NCBI GenBank assembly: GCA_049517335.1
Contig: JBEKSD010000002.1
Coordinates: forward strand, 32,001 to 96,000
Reading direction: 5' to 3'
Source of the DNA: Candidatus Omnitrophota bacterium
GTDB taxonomy: Bacteria > Omnitrophota > Gorgyraeia > Gygaellales > Profunditerraquicolaceae
Length of the DNA: 64,000 nucleotides
The first letter of the stretch is position 1. The number at the start of each line of letters is the position of its first letter. Positions 42,350 to 51,254 of the stretch are shown one piece after another. The notes beneath the pieces are model-generated. The model ran no database searches, was not told where the DNA came from, and worked only from the letters and a program-made list of their open reading frames with translations. The translations under genes and the position numbers were made by a program.

Positions 42350-43740
42350 GGACGCACACCTGCGGAGAATTAACTACCCAAGACGCGGGCAAAGAAGTGA
42401 CTTTATGCGGCTGGGTAAACTCGCGGCGCGACCACGGTAAACTTATTTTTATAGATATCCGCGACAGATACGGGCTTACGCAGGTCATGTTTATCCCGAG
42501 AGATGCGGGAGAATCCTATAAGCTTGCGCAAGGCATCCGTTCGGAATTCGTAATCAAAGTCACCGGTATAGTAAATCCTCGCCCCGCAGCTACCCTTAAT
42601 CCGAAGCTTTCTACCGGCAAGATAGAAATACTTGCTAAATCTTTAGAAATATTGAATCCAAGCCTTACCCCGCCGTTTGGAATAGAAGATGAGGCACAGC
42701 CCGGAGAAGATGCCCGCCTGAAATACCGCTATCTGGATTTAAGGAGAAAAAAGGTATTTAATAATTTTATCCTTCGTAGCAATCTTTACAAAATCATCCG
42801 TTTATATCTGGACAAGCATGATTTTATTGAATGCGAGACCCCTATTTTGACCAAATCAACTCCTGAAGGCGCGCGCGATTACCTTGTACCTTCAAGGCTA
42901 AATCCGGCTAAATTTTACGCGCTTCCACAGTCACCGCAGCTATTCAAACAAATCCTGATGGTTGCTGGTATTGAAAGATATTATCAAATCGCCAAATGTT
43001 TCCGCGACGAGGACCTGCGCGCAGACAGGCAGCCGGAGTTTACCCAGCTGGACATGGAGATGTCTTTCATTAACGAAGAGGCTGTTTACACAATGATTGA
43101 AGGGTTGATGCAAAAGATATTAAAAGAATTAAAAGGCATTGATATAAAAATTCCTTTCCCGCGCATTAGCTATGCGGACGCTCAAAATAAATACCAAACT
43201 GATAAGCCGGATTTAAGAAAAGAATTCAATTTTGATTTTGCTTTTGCCTGGGTAGTTAATTTTCCGCTTTTTAAGTATAACGAAGAAGAGAAACGCTGGG
43301 AAAGCGAACATCATCCGTTTACGGCTCCGGCAAATGAAGACTTGGAATTTTTGGAAAAACACCCGGAAAAGATAAAATCACGCTCTTACGACCTGATTTT
43401 AAACGGTACGGAGTTAGGTTCCGGCTCAATAAGGATACATAATCAGGAATTACAGGAAAAAATATTTAAGATTATCGGCATAGACCGAGAAAATGCCCAT
43501 AAACGTTTCGGGTTTCTTTTAGAAGCGTTCAAATACGGCGCCCCGCCGCACGGCGGTTTTGCTTTCGGCATTGACCGGCTGTTGGCAATTTTAGCCGGCG
43601 TTGACAGTATCAGGGAAGTAATCACATTTCCCAAGACGAGCGCTGGAATCTGCCCTTTAACAGAAGCGCCTTCGGATGTAGATGAAAAACAATTAAAAGA
43701 ACTTAATTTAACCATTACCAAGGGGAGGGTAAATCAATGA
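42343..43740 (+). CDS. aspS: Aspartate-tRNA ligase, bacterial type lacking the GAD insertion (likely non-discriminating)
   Basis: RTHTCG, RDHG, STPEGARDY, LPQSPQ, DRQPEFTQ, HHPFT, PPHGG. Confidence 0.95.
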   Translation: MLRTHTCGELTTQDAGKEVTLCGWVNSRRDHGKLIFIDIRDRYGLTQVMFIPRDAGESYKLAQGIRSEFVIKVTGIVNPRPAATLNPKLSTGKIEILAKSLEILNPSLTPPFGIEDEAQPGEDARLKYRYLDLRRKKVFNNFILRSNLYKIIRLYLDKHDFIECETPILTKSTPEGARDYLVPSRLNPAKFYALPQSPQLFKQILMVAGIERYYQIAKCFRDEDLRADRQPEFTQLDMEMSFINEEAVYTMIEGLMQKILKELKGIDIKIPFPRISYADAQNKYQTDKPDLRKEFNFDFAFAWVVNFPLFKYNEEEKRWESEHHPFTAPANEDLEFLEKHPEKIKSRSYDLILNGTELGSGSIRIHNQELQEKIFKIIGIDRENAHKRFGFLLEAFKYGAPPHGGFAFGIDRLLAILAGVDSIREVITFPKTSAGICPLTEAPSDVDEKQLKELNLTITKGRVNQ

Positions 43741-44291
43741 AAATAAGTACACTAATAAAGATACTGCTTCTGGGTTCGGTTTTAGTTTTAGCAGGCTGCA
43801 CAGTCAGGAGTTATCCTTTAACCAGAGAAAGGGTCAACCAGAGCTTAACAGAAGGTAACCGCGGCTACTTGCAGGGAAAGCCTCCTGTAACAAGTGAAAC
43901 TCCGAGAAAAAAAACGCGCACCGTGCAGATTATTGAGGTGGAACTTAATTCTCCTATTAAGTTTGAAAAGACAAAAAAGGTTTCACCTGAACAAACAAAT
44001 GCAATTTCCGAAGCTGTAGCGGAGCCGGTTATTGAAGGTAACCGCGGTTATGTGAACCAGAGTGAACCTACACAGCCGGAAGCCGGCTTTGAGAAATACG
44101 TTGTACAGAAAAACGATACCTTACAAAAAATATCCATGAAATTCTACAGCACAAGCAAAAAATGGATTAAAATTTATGAAGCTAACAAAGATACGCTGAA
44201 GACGCCGGATAAACTTTATCCAGGGAAAACCCTGAATATACCCGTAGAAGACAGACAAACGTTAAAGGGGGCAGGAGAAAACCTTAAATAG
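43737..44291 (+). CDS. LysM-domain lipoprotein
   Basis: LAGC lipobox; YVVQKNDTL..IS..Y...W..IYEAN...L.PG..LNIP. Confidence 0.88.
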   Translation: MKISTLIKILLLGSVLVLAGCTVRSYPLTRERVNQSLTEGNRGYLQGKPPVTSETPRKKTRTVQIIEVELNSPIKFEKTKKVSPEQTNAISEAVAEPVIEGNRGYVNQSEPTQPEAGFEKYVVQKNDTLQKISMKFYSTSKKWIKIYEANKDTLKTPDKLYPGKTLNIPVEDRQTLKGAGENLK

Positions 44292-44300
44292 AATTTATTA

Positions 44301-45248
44301 ATGGAGAGAGCGGTTAAGTTAACCAGCCATCAGGAAGCGCAGGCGCTTTTTGGGTCGCACGATGAAAATATCAAAACCATTGAGAAGGATTTCAAGGTAA
44401 AGATATCCGTGCGGGGAGAACATCTTAAAATAAGCGGAACGGCTAACAACATAAAAAAAGCCGCCGCGCTTATTGACTACATTCTGGCATCTTTACGTTC
44501 GGGAAAATTAGAGTTATGCAGACAGAATTTTTCCGACATCCTCTCCGATTTCCGTTCGCCAAGGGCTAAAAAAGAAAGCCCAGATGTACTAACCGTTTCA
44601 TCCACAGGCAAGTATATCGGACCGCGTACCGCAGGCCAGCGCGAATATGTGGAAGCAATAAAAAAATACGACGTTGTCTTTGGCATCGGGCCGGCAGGTA
44701 CCGGAAAGACATACCTTGCCATGGCTTGCGCGGTTGAGGCGCTTAAAAAACAGGAAGTGCGCAGGATCATTCTGACCCGCCCCGCAATTGAAGCAGGCGA
44801 ATCTTTAGGGTTCCTTCCCGGAGACATGATCCAGAAATTATCTCCGTACCTTCGACCCCTATATGATGCGATTTATGATATGCTTGAAGCCGAGCGCATT
44901 GAAAAATATCTTGAAACAGGCATTGTAGAAGTAGCACCTCTTGCCTATATGAGAGGTAGGACCCTTAACGACGCTTTCATCATCCTTGACGAAGCGCAAA
45001 ACTGCACTGCCGAGCAGATGAAGATGTTCCTGACGCGACTCGGTTTTGATTCCAAAGCGGTAATAACCGGTGATATGACCCAAAGCGACCTTCCTGAAGG
45101 CAAGCCCATAGGTCTGCTGCAGGCAGAGGATATATTAAAGAACATTGAAGGGATTAAGTTAATTTATTTTTCCGGCTCGGACGTGGTCAGGCACGCGCTC
45201 GTCCAGAGGATTATAGAAGCATATGATAAAACAACTCGCTCAGCTTAA
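44301..45248 (+). CDS. phoH: PhoH/YbeZ family ATPase
   Basis: GPAGTGKT, LGFLPGD, AYMRGRTL, DEAQN. Confidence 0.95.
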   Translation: MERAVKLTSHQEAQALFGSHDENIKTIEKDFKVKISVRGEHLKISGTANNIKKAAALIDYILASLRSGKLELCRQNFSDILSDFRSPRAKKESPDVLTVSSTGKYIGPRTAGQREYVEAIKKYDVVFGIGPAGTGKTYLAMACAVEALKKQEVRRIILTRPAIEAGESLGFLPGDMIQKLSPYLRPLYDAIYDMLEAERIEKYLETGIVEVAPLAYMRGRTLNDAFIILDEAQNCTAEQMKMFLTRLGFDSKAVITGDMTQSDLPEGKPIGLLQAEDILKNIEGIKLIYFSGSDVVRHALVQRIIEAYDKTTRSA

Positions 45249-46617
45249 AATAGGCTATGTGTTTCTGGGATTACTGGCTTTTGCCTTAAGTTATCTTCTT
45301 AAGGTTAACCTTGCCGTCCCCTTAACCCTGATTTGTCTCGTATTTTACCTGCGCTCGCGGAAAGAGAGTATCCGGAATTACAATTTACTTAACCTTTCCC
45401 TTTTATACCTGATTATTTTTGTCGCCGGTTATTTCATTATAGCTGAAGCCTCATGCGTGTTTTGCATTCCTTTCTCAATCGTTCCCATGCTGACTATACT
45501 TCTATTTAACAACTTAGAGCTTGCGCTGGTCATGTCTTTGGCAATATCAATTTCAATTGCCTCACTTACCAATAACCCCTTCGGCACATTCCTTTTATCC
45601 ATCGCCGGCAGCGCACTGGCTATTATGGTCGTAAAAGGAGCGCGCAAACGCACAAACATTATCAGCGCAGGCCTAATTATCGGCATCGGACAGGTAATTA
45701 CTTTAATACTGCTGGACCATTTCTGGATAGGGCAGCCAAAGAGGTATGTTATTCTCCTAATAAACGGCATAGCTTCAAGCATTATCGTGCTGGGCATTTC
45801 CCCGGTATTTGAGTACCTTTTTAAAACAGTGACCAATATCAGCCTACTTGAGCTGGCGGATTTTAATCACCCCTTACTCCAGAGGATGATACTTGAGGCG
45901 CCGGGAACATACCACCACAGCCTCGTTGTGGGGAACCTTTCGGACAGTGCCTGTAGCGCCGTAGGCGCAAATGCGCTTTTAGCCCGCATCGGCGCCTATT
46001 ACCACGATATCGGGAAACTCCAGAAACCGGAGTATTACAGCGAAAACCAGGAACTGACTGAAAACAAGCACGCCGCACTTTCCCCGACCATGAGCAAATT
46101 AATCATCATGAACCACGTTAAGGACGGCATAGAGCTGGCTAAAAAATATAAACTCAGCCCAGTGATAACTGACTTTATTTTTCAGCACCACGGGAACAGC
46201 CTCGTCTATTATTTTTACCGCCGGGCGCTTGAGAATCTGGAAGAGGATGAGGAGATAAAAGAAGACGGGTTCCGTTATCCGGGACCTAAGCCCAACACAA
46301 AAGAAACGGCAATCGTATTGCTGGCTGATTCCGTTGAAGCGGCTACCCGGGCCTTAAAGGACTCTGCGTCTTCAAAAATAGAAGAAGTGGTGCATAAAGT
46401 AATAAACAACAAATTTATTGACGGGCAACTTGACGAATGCGACCTTACCCTGAAGGACCTTGAGAAAATCTCAGCGGTGTTTATCCGTATACTAACTGGA
46501 ATATACCGCAGCCGCGTAAGTTACCCAGAAGAGCAAAAAAGTGCGGAAAATAACAATAAAAAATCTTCAAAGGAAGATTCCCGTCTATCCCAAAAGGATA
46601 AAAACAGCGGTTCTTAA
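45223..46617 (+). CDS. 7TM-HD phosphohydrolase (PgpH-like c-di-AMP phosphodiesterase) without extracellular domain
   Basis: Multiple TMs, APGTYHHS, YHDIGK, HHG, FRYPGPKP, ADSVEAA. Confidence 0.88.
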   Translation: MIKQLAQLKIGYVFLGLLAFALSYLLKVNLAVPLTLICLVFYLRSRKESIRNYNLLNLSLLYLIIFVAGYFIIAEASCVFCIPFSIVPMLTILLFNNLELALVMSLAISISIASLTNNPFGTFLLSIAGSALAIMVVKGARKRTNIISAGLIIGIGQVITLILLDHFWIGQPKRYVILLINGIASSIIVLGISPVFEYLFKTVTNISLLELADFNHPLLQRMILEAPGTYHHSLVVGNLSDSACSAVGANALLARIGAYYHDIGKLQKPEYYSENQELTENKHAALSPTMSKLIIMNHVKDGIELAKKYKLSPVITDFIFQHHGNSLVYYFYRRALENLEEDEEIKEDGFRYPGPKPNTKETAIVLLADSVEAATRALKDSASSKIEEVVHKVINNKFIDGQLDECDLTLKDLEKISAVFIRILTGIYRSRVSYPEEQKSAENNNKKSSKEDSRLSQKDKNSGS

Positions 46618-46969
46618 AGTCTTTACCGCGGAAGGTAAAAAATTATCCCTTGATATAACTGTCTCTTTTGTAAATGATAAATTAATCAGGGAATTAAACC
46701 GTAAATTCTTAAAAGTAAACCACCCAACCGACGTACTGGCCTTTGACTTAAGCCGTGCTCAAGGTAAGAAGCATCTGGTTGCCGACTTGGTCATATCTAC
46801 GGACACAGCCGAGCACAACGGGAAAATTTATAAAACTTCCACGCAGTACGAACTGGAACTCTACGCAATACACGCAGCGCTGCACCTTTTAGGTTATGAC
46901 GACCGAACCTTAAAAGGCGCAAACCTCATGAGAAAAAAAGAATGCCAATTCATAAAACAGACGCCTTAG
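46541..46969 (+). CDS. ybeY: rRNA maturation RNase YbeY
   Basis: PTDVLAF, HAALHLLGYDD; GTG start. Confidence 0.9.
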   Translation: MRKITIKNLQRKIPVYPKRIKTAVLKVFTAEGKKLSLDITVSFVNDKLIRELNRKFLKVNHPTDVLAFDLSRAQGKKHLVADLVISTDTAEHNGKIYKTSTQYELELYAIHAALHLLGYDDRTLKGANLMRKKECQFIKQTP

Positions 46970-47700
46970 TTTTAAATAAACGGGAATTCCGCGAAACCTC
47001 CCTTATCGCGGATTTATTTACCCGTGATTTTGGTAAAATTTGCGGCTTATTTAAGGCTATCCGCAGCGAACCGACAAAGTTCGCAAGCCCATTGGAAATA
47101 TTTTCGCTCAACGAAATCATCTTCTATTCCGGTAGAAGCTCGTCTCTACATCTGGTGAGCCAGTGCGATATAAAAGATAATTTCGGTGTTTTAAGACAAA
47201 GTATGACAAAAATAGGGGTGGCAAGCTTCATGATGGAGCTTCTTTCGACGCTAATGCCACTGGAAGATAAAAACGAAGAAATATTTGATTTAACCGTAAA
47301 CTGCCTTAATGAACTTAAAGTATGCGCTAATCCCAATAAAATAATGACTATCTTTAAAATCAAGGTGCTCGCACTCTCCGGTTTTAAGCCGCATTTTGAT
47401 TCCTGTATATCCTGTGCGGACAAAGTATCGGGACAGTCGAAATTCAGCCTTGCCTTGGGAGGGCTACTTTGTGGGAAGTGCGAAAAGAAAGATTTTACTT
47501 CGCGTAATATCTTCCGCGGCACAGTAGCGTCCATCCTGCATATTGAAAAAAGCGACTTACGGGGCGCATTAAACCTCGGGATGAACCCCCAGATCAAACG
47601 GGAACTAGAAGCTATCCTAAACGCATTTTTAAATTTTCACCTTGAGAAAGAATTAAAATCCCAGAAAGTATTCAATAAAATAGCGGCAATTTCAGTTTAA
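46942..47700 (+). CDS. recO: DNA repair protein RecO
   Basis: E.SLIA..FTRDFGK OB fold; CISC...CGKC Zn finger; context. Confidence 0.9.
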   Translation: MPIHKTDALVLNKREFRETSLIADLFTRDFGKICGLFKAIRSEPTKFASPLEIFSLNEIIFYSGRSSSLHLVSQCDIKDNFGVLRQSMTKIGVASFMMELLSTLMPLEDKNEEIFDLTVNCLNELKVCANPNKIMTIFKIKVLALSGFKPHFDSCISCADKVSGQSKFSLALGGLLCGKCEKKDFTSRNIFRGTVASILHIEKSDLRGALNLGMNPQIKRELEAILNAFLNFHLEKELKSQKVFNKIAAISV

Positions 47701-47730
47701 AGTTTAAAATCAAAAAACTGGAGAAAATAT

Positions 47731-48663
47731 ATGAAAATAGTTATCGTCGGGCCTGGGGCAATCGGCTGCTTATTAGCTTCATTCTTATCCAAGAGCCGTG
47801 ACGAAATCTGGCTGCTGGATAAGAATAGCGCACGCGTAGCTAAAATAAACGAAAACGGGATATCTGTTGAAGGCATATCCGGAGAATGTAGCGTAAAAGT
47901 AAAAGCTACGGTTGAAACAGAAAAAATCGGAAAAAGTGATTTAGTAATAATCTCCGTTAAGTCGTATGATACCAAAGAAGCAATATTGGCATGTAAAAAC
48001 CTGATATCCGATAATACTTCCGTCTTGACCTTGCAGAACGGCTTAGGTAATCTTGAAATTATCGGTGAAACTGTGGGCACAGATAAAGTAATCGGAGGCG
48101 TAACAAATTTAGGCGCGACATTGTTAGGCGCGGGGAAGGTAAGGCATGCGGGTAAAGGCGAAACCATAATCGGGCGCATAGACGGAAAAATCACCGTCCA
48201 GATGCGCCGTATACGCGAGATTTTCAACGCCTGTGGCCTTGAAACAAGGATATCCAAAGACATAAAAGGCATCTTATGGTCAAAATTAATAATTAATGCC
48301 GGCATTAACGCGCTTACCGCCATAACAAGACTGCATAACGGTAGAATAATTGAATTTGAAGGAACGCGCAAAATCCTTCGCGAAACAGTCACGGAAGCAG
48401 TGCGTATTTCAAAAAGGAAAAGAATCAAGCTCATTTATGACGATCCGCTGGCAAAAGCCGAAGCAGTATGCGAGGCAACTTCAGGGAATATTTCATCAAT
48501 GCTGCAGGACGTTTTAAGAAAAAAACGTACGGAAATTGATTTCATAAACGGCGCCATTGTCCGGCAGGCTCAAGAATTAGGCATACCCGTCCCTTCAAAC
48601 CAAATGCTGGTTGACCTGGTAAAAACCATAGAAACAAGTTATAAATTCGCCGTCAAAGAATAG
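47731..48663 (+). CDS. panE: 2-dehydropantoate 2-reductase
   Basis: GPGAIG, LQNG, W.KL..N..IN, SSMLQD, TEIDFING. Confidence 0.95.
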   Translation: MKIVIVGPGAIGCLLASFLSKSRDEIWLLDKNSARVAKINENGISVEGISGECSVKVKATVETEKIGKSDLVIISVKSYDTKEAILACKNLISDNTSVLTLQNGLGNLEIIGETVGTDKVIGGVTNLGATLLGAGKVRHAGKGETIIGRIDGKITVQMRRIREIFNACGLETRISKDIKGILWSKLIINAGINALTAITRLHNGRIIEFEGTRKILRETVTEAVRISKRKRIKLIYDDPLAKAEAVCEATSGNISSMLQDVLRKKRTEIDFINGAIVRQAQELGIPVPSNQMLVDLVKTIETSYKFAVKE

Positions 48664-48671
48664 ACGAACAG

Positions 48672-50381
48672 ATGAATGTAGCTGAACTTAGCGCACTATT
48701 CCGCAATATTGCAAGCATACTGGAAATAAGGGGCGAGAATGTTTTCCGTATCCGCGCGTACGAGAAAGCCGCCGAAAGTATTGAGCGTTTCCCTAATACG
48801 CTTGAAACCCTGATTAAAGAAGACAGGCTTAGCGAAATCCCCGGTATCGGCAAAGACCTCTCGTTAAAGATTAAAGAATTCTACGCAACAGGAAAGATCA
48901 AAGCTTACGAAGACCTAAAAAAAACAATCCCCCAAGGCCTGCTTGAGCTCCTTAATATCCCTTCGGTCGGCCCGAAAACTGCAAAACTCCTTTTTGAAAA
49001 ATTAAAAATTAAGAGCCTTGCCGACCTTGAAAAAGCCATCAAGCAGAATAAATTAACCGGGCTAGCCGGAATAAAAGAGAAAACGATCCAAAATATCGCA
49101 AAAGGCCTTGAAATATTAAAAAAGGGGAGAAAACGCATGACCCTCCAGCAGGCAATGGACCTTTCAGATACTTTCCTCTCCAATATGAGCAAGACCCCCG
49201 AAGTAAAAGACATTGAAACTGCGGGATCCCTGCGGAGGAAAACGGAAACTGTCGGTGACATTGATATACTGATTACCTCAAAAGAACCGGAAAAAATAAT
49301 GGATCTTTTTGTAAAATTACCCGACGTAAAAACTGTTTTAGCTAAAGGCGAAACTAAATCCTCAATACGCACCAAAAACGACATTCAGGTTGACTGCCGC
49401 GTGGTTGAACAAAGGTCATTCGGGGCTGCCTTATTATATTTTACCGGCTCCAAAGACTTTAATATCAGGCTCCGGCAGCTTGCTATAAAAAAAGGGTTAA
49501 AAATAAATGAATACGGCGTATTCAGGAAGGATAAATTTATCTGCGGCAGGACGGAAGAGGAGATCTTTAAGACCCTCGGCATGAGTTTCGTGGTGCCTGA
49601 ATTGCGAGAAAACAGAGGGGAGATAGAGCTGGCTTTAAAGGGAAAATTACCTGAGCTGATCGGGTTAAAAGACATTAAAGGTGACCTACATGTTCATTCC
49701 GAATGGTCTGACGGGCTTAACTCCATTACCGAGATGGCCGAGGCAGCAAAGGCTTTAGGATATTCCTATATTGCCGCAACCGACCACTCACAAAGTTTAA
49801 AAGTCGCTGGTGGCTTAAACGTTAAGAGACTGCTGGAGAAAAAAAAGGAAATTGAAAAAATTAACTCACGCTTGAGTAATTTCAGGGTCCTCTTAGGTAC
49901 GGAAGCAGAAATAGATTCTGACGGTAATATTGATTATAGCGATAAAATCTTGAAAGAAATAGACATCGTTGTTGCCGCCATACATTCTGGTTTTAAACAG
50001 GGGAAAGATAAGCTTACCAAGAGAACAATCAAAGCCTGCTCCAATAAATACGTACATATAATCGCCCATCCTACGGGAAGGCTCTGGGGGATGCGGGACG
50101 CTTATGAACTGGATTTTAAGGAAATTTTTAAGGCTGCCCATGATACGAATACTGCATTGGAAATCAACTCTTACCCCGAGCGCCTTGATTTAAACGACAA
50201 CAATGCCCGTGCAGCAGTTGAAGAAAAAGTAAAATTAGCCGTTAATACGGATGCCCATAGAATTGAACACTTAAAAGCAATACAGTTCGGCCTTGCGGTC
50301 GCCCGCAGGGGCTGGGTGGCTAAAGATGACGTAATCAATACTTTAACAGTAGATAATTTATTAAAAAAAATAAAAAAATAA
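48672..50381 (+). CDS. polX: DNA polymerase X / PHP
   Basis: GSLRR..ETVGDIDIL, YFTGSK, DLHVHS.WSDG, TDH, AHP, TDAH. Confidence 0.96.
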   Translation: MNVAELSALFRNIASILEIRGENVFRIRAYEKAAESIERFPNTLETLIKEDRLSEIPGIGKDLSLKIKEFYATGKIKAYEDLKKTIPQGLLELLNIPSVGPKTAKLLFEKLKIKSLADLEKAIKQNKLTGLAGIKEKTIQNIAKGLEILKKGRKRMTLQQAMDLSDTFLSNMSKTPEVKDIETAGSLRRKTETVGDIDILITSKEPEKIMDLFVKLPDVKTVLAKGETKSSIRTKNDIQVDCRVVEQRSFGAALLYFTGSKDFNIRLRQLAIKKGLKINEYGVFRKDKFICGRTEEEIFKTLGMSFVVPELRENRGEIELALKGKLPELIGLKDIKGDLHVHSEWSDGLNSITEMAEAAKALGYSYIAATDHSQSLKVAGGLNVKRLLEKKKEIEKINSRLSNFRVLLGTEAEIDSDGNIDYSDKILKEIDIVVAAIHSGFKQGKDKLTKRTIKACSNKYVHIIAHPTGRLWGMRDAYELDFKEIFKAAHDTNTALEINSYPERLDLNDNNARAAVEEKVKLAVNTDAHRIEHLKAIQFGLAVARRGWVAKDDVINTLTVDNLLKKIKK

Positions 50382-50423
50382 TTTCTTTAAAAAAATCTTT
50401 GTGATAAAATTAAGCTTAAAAAA

Positions 50424-51248
50424 ATGTTCATAATAATCAATAAAGAAGAGCTGGCGCAGGAAATAACCAAGCTTGAAATCCAGGCGCCGCAAGTAGCGGA
50501 TAAAGCCAAAGCAGGACAATTTGTAAAAATTATCATCAGTGAAAAGGGCGAGGCAGTGCCTTTAACTTTAGCTGATTGGGATAAAGAAAAAGGCACAATT
50601 ACTTTAATTTTTCAGAAAGCCGGTTTTACCACAAAAACATTGGGGTTGCTTAACCGAGAGGACAATATCAACCATATACTCGGGCCACTTGGGCACCCTA
50701 CTGAAATAAAGAATTTAGGGGAAGTTTACTGTATAGGCGCAGGTGTGGGTATTGCCGAACTATATCCTGTGGCGCGCGCTTTTAAGAAAGCAGGGAACCG
50801 TGTTATCGGGATTATCGGCTCGCGCAAAAAAGAGCTGGTTATTCTGGAGGACGAACTGCGTAAAGTTACGGACGAATTATTCATTACTACTGATGACGGT
50901 TCTTACGGAAAAAAAGGACTTGTTACCGATATTTTAAGAGAGTTGTTTGAAGTAATTGAAAAATCTACGCATACCAAATATCCGGCGCAAGTCTATGCAA
51001 TCGGCCCGGTAAGAATGATGCAAGCAGTTGCGGAGTTTACACGCAATTATCAGGTAAGAACTATTGTCAGCGTAAACCCGATTATGGTTGACGCAACCGG
51101 CATGTGCGGCTCATGCCGCTGCACTGTCGCAGGCAAAACTGTGTTTGGCTGCGTGGACGGCCCTGATTTTGACGGGCACAAACTGGATTTTGAAGAATTA
51201 GTAAAAAGACTGGATTCATTTAAAACACAAGAAGATAAACTTAAATAA
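50424..51248 (+). CDS. nfnA: NfnA/SudB electron-bifurcating transhydrogenase small subunit
   Basis: AGQF, GPLG, TDDGSYG, MVDATGMCGSCRC, CVDGP. Confidence 0.88.
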   Translation: MFIIINKEELAQEITKLEIQAPQVADKAKAGQFVKIIISEKGEAVPLTLADWDKEKGTITLIFQKAGFTTKTLGLLNREDNINHILGPLGHPTEIKNLGEVYCIGAGVGIAELYPVARAFKKAGNRVIGIIGSRKKELVILEDELRKVTDELFITTDDGSYGKKGLVTDILRELFEVIEKSTHTKYPAQVYAIGPVRMMQAVAEFTRNYQVRTIVSVNPIMVDATGMCGSCRCTVAGKTVFGCVDGPDFDGHKLDFEELVKRLDSFKTQEDKLK

Positions 51249-51254
51249 TTTTTT

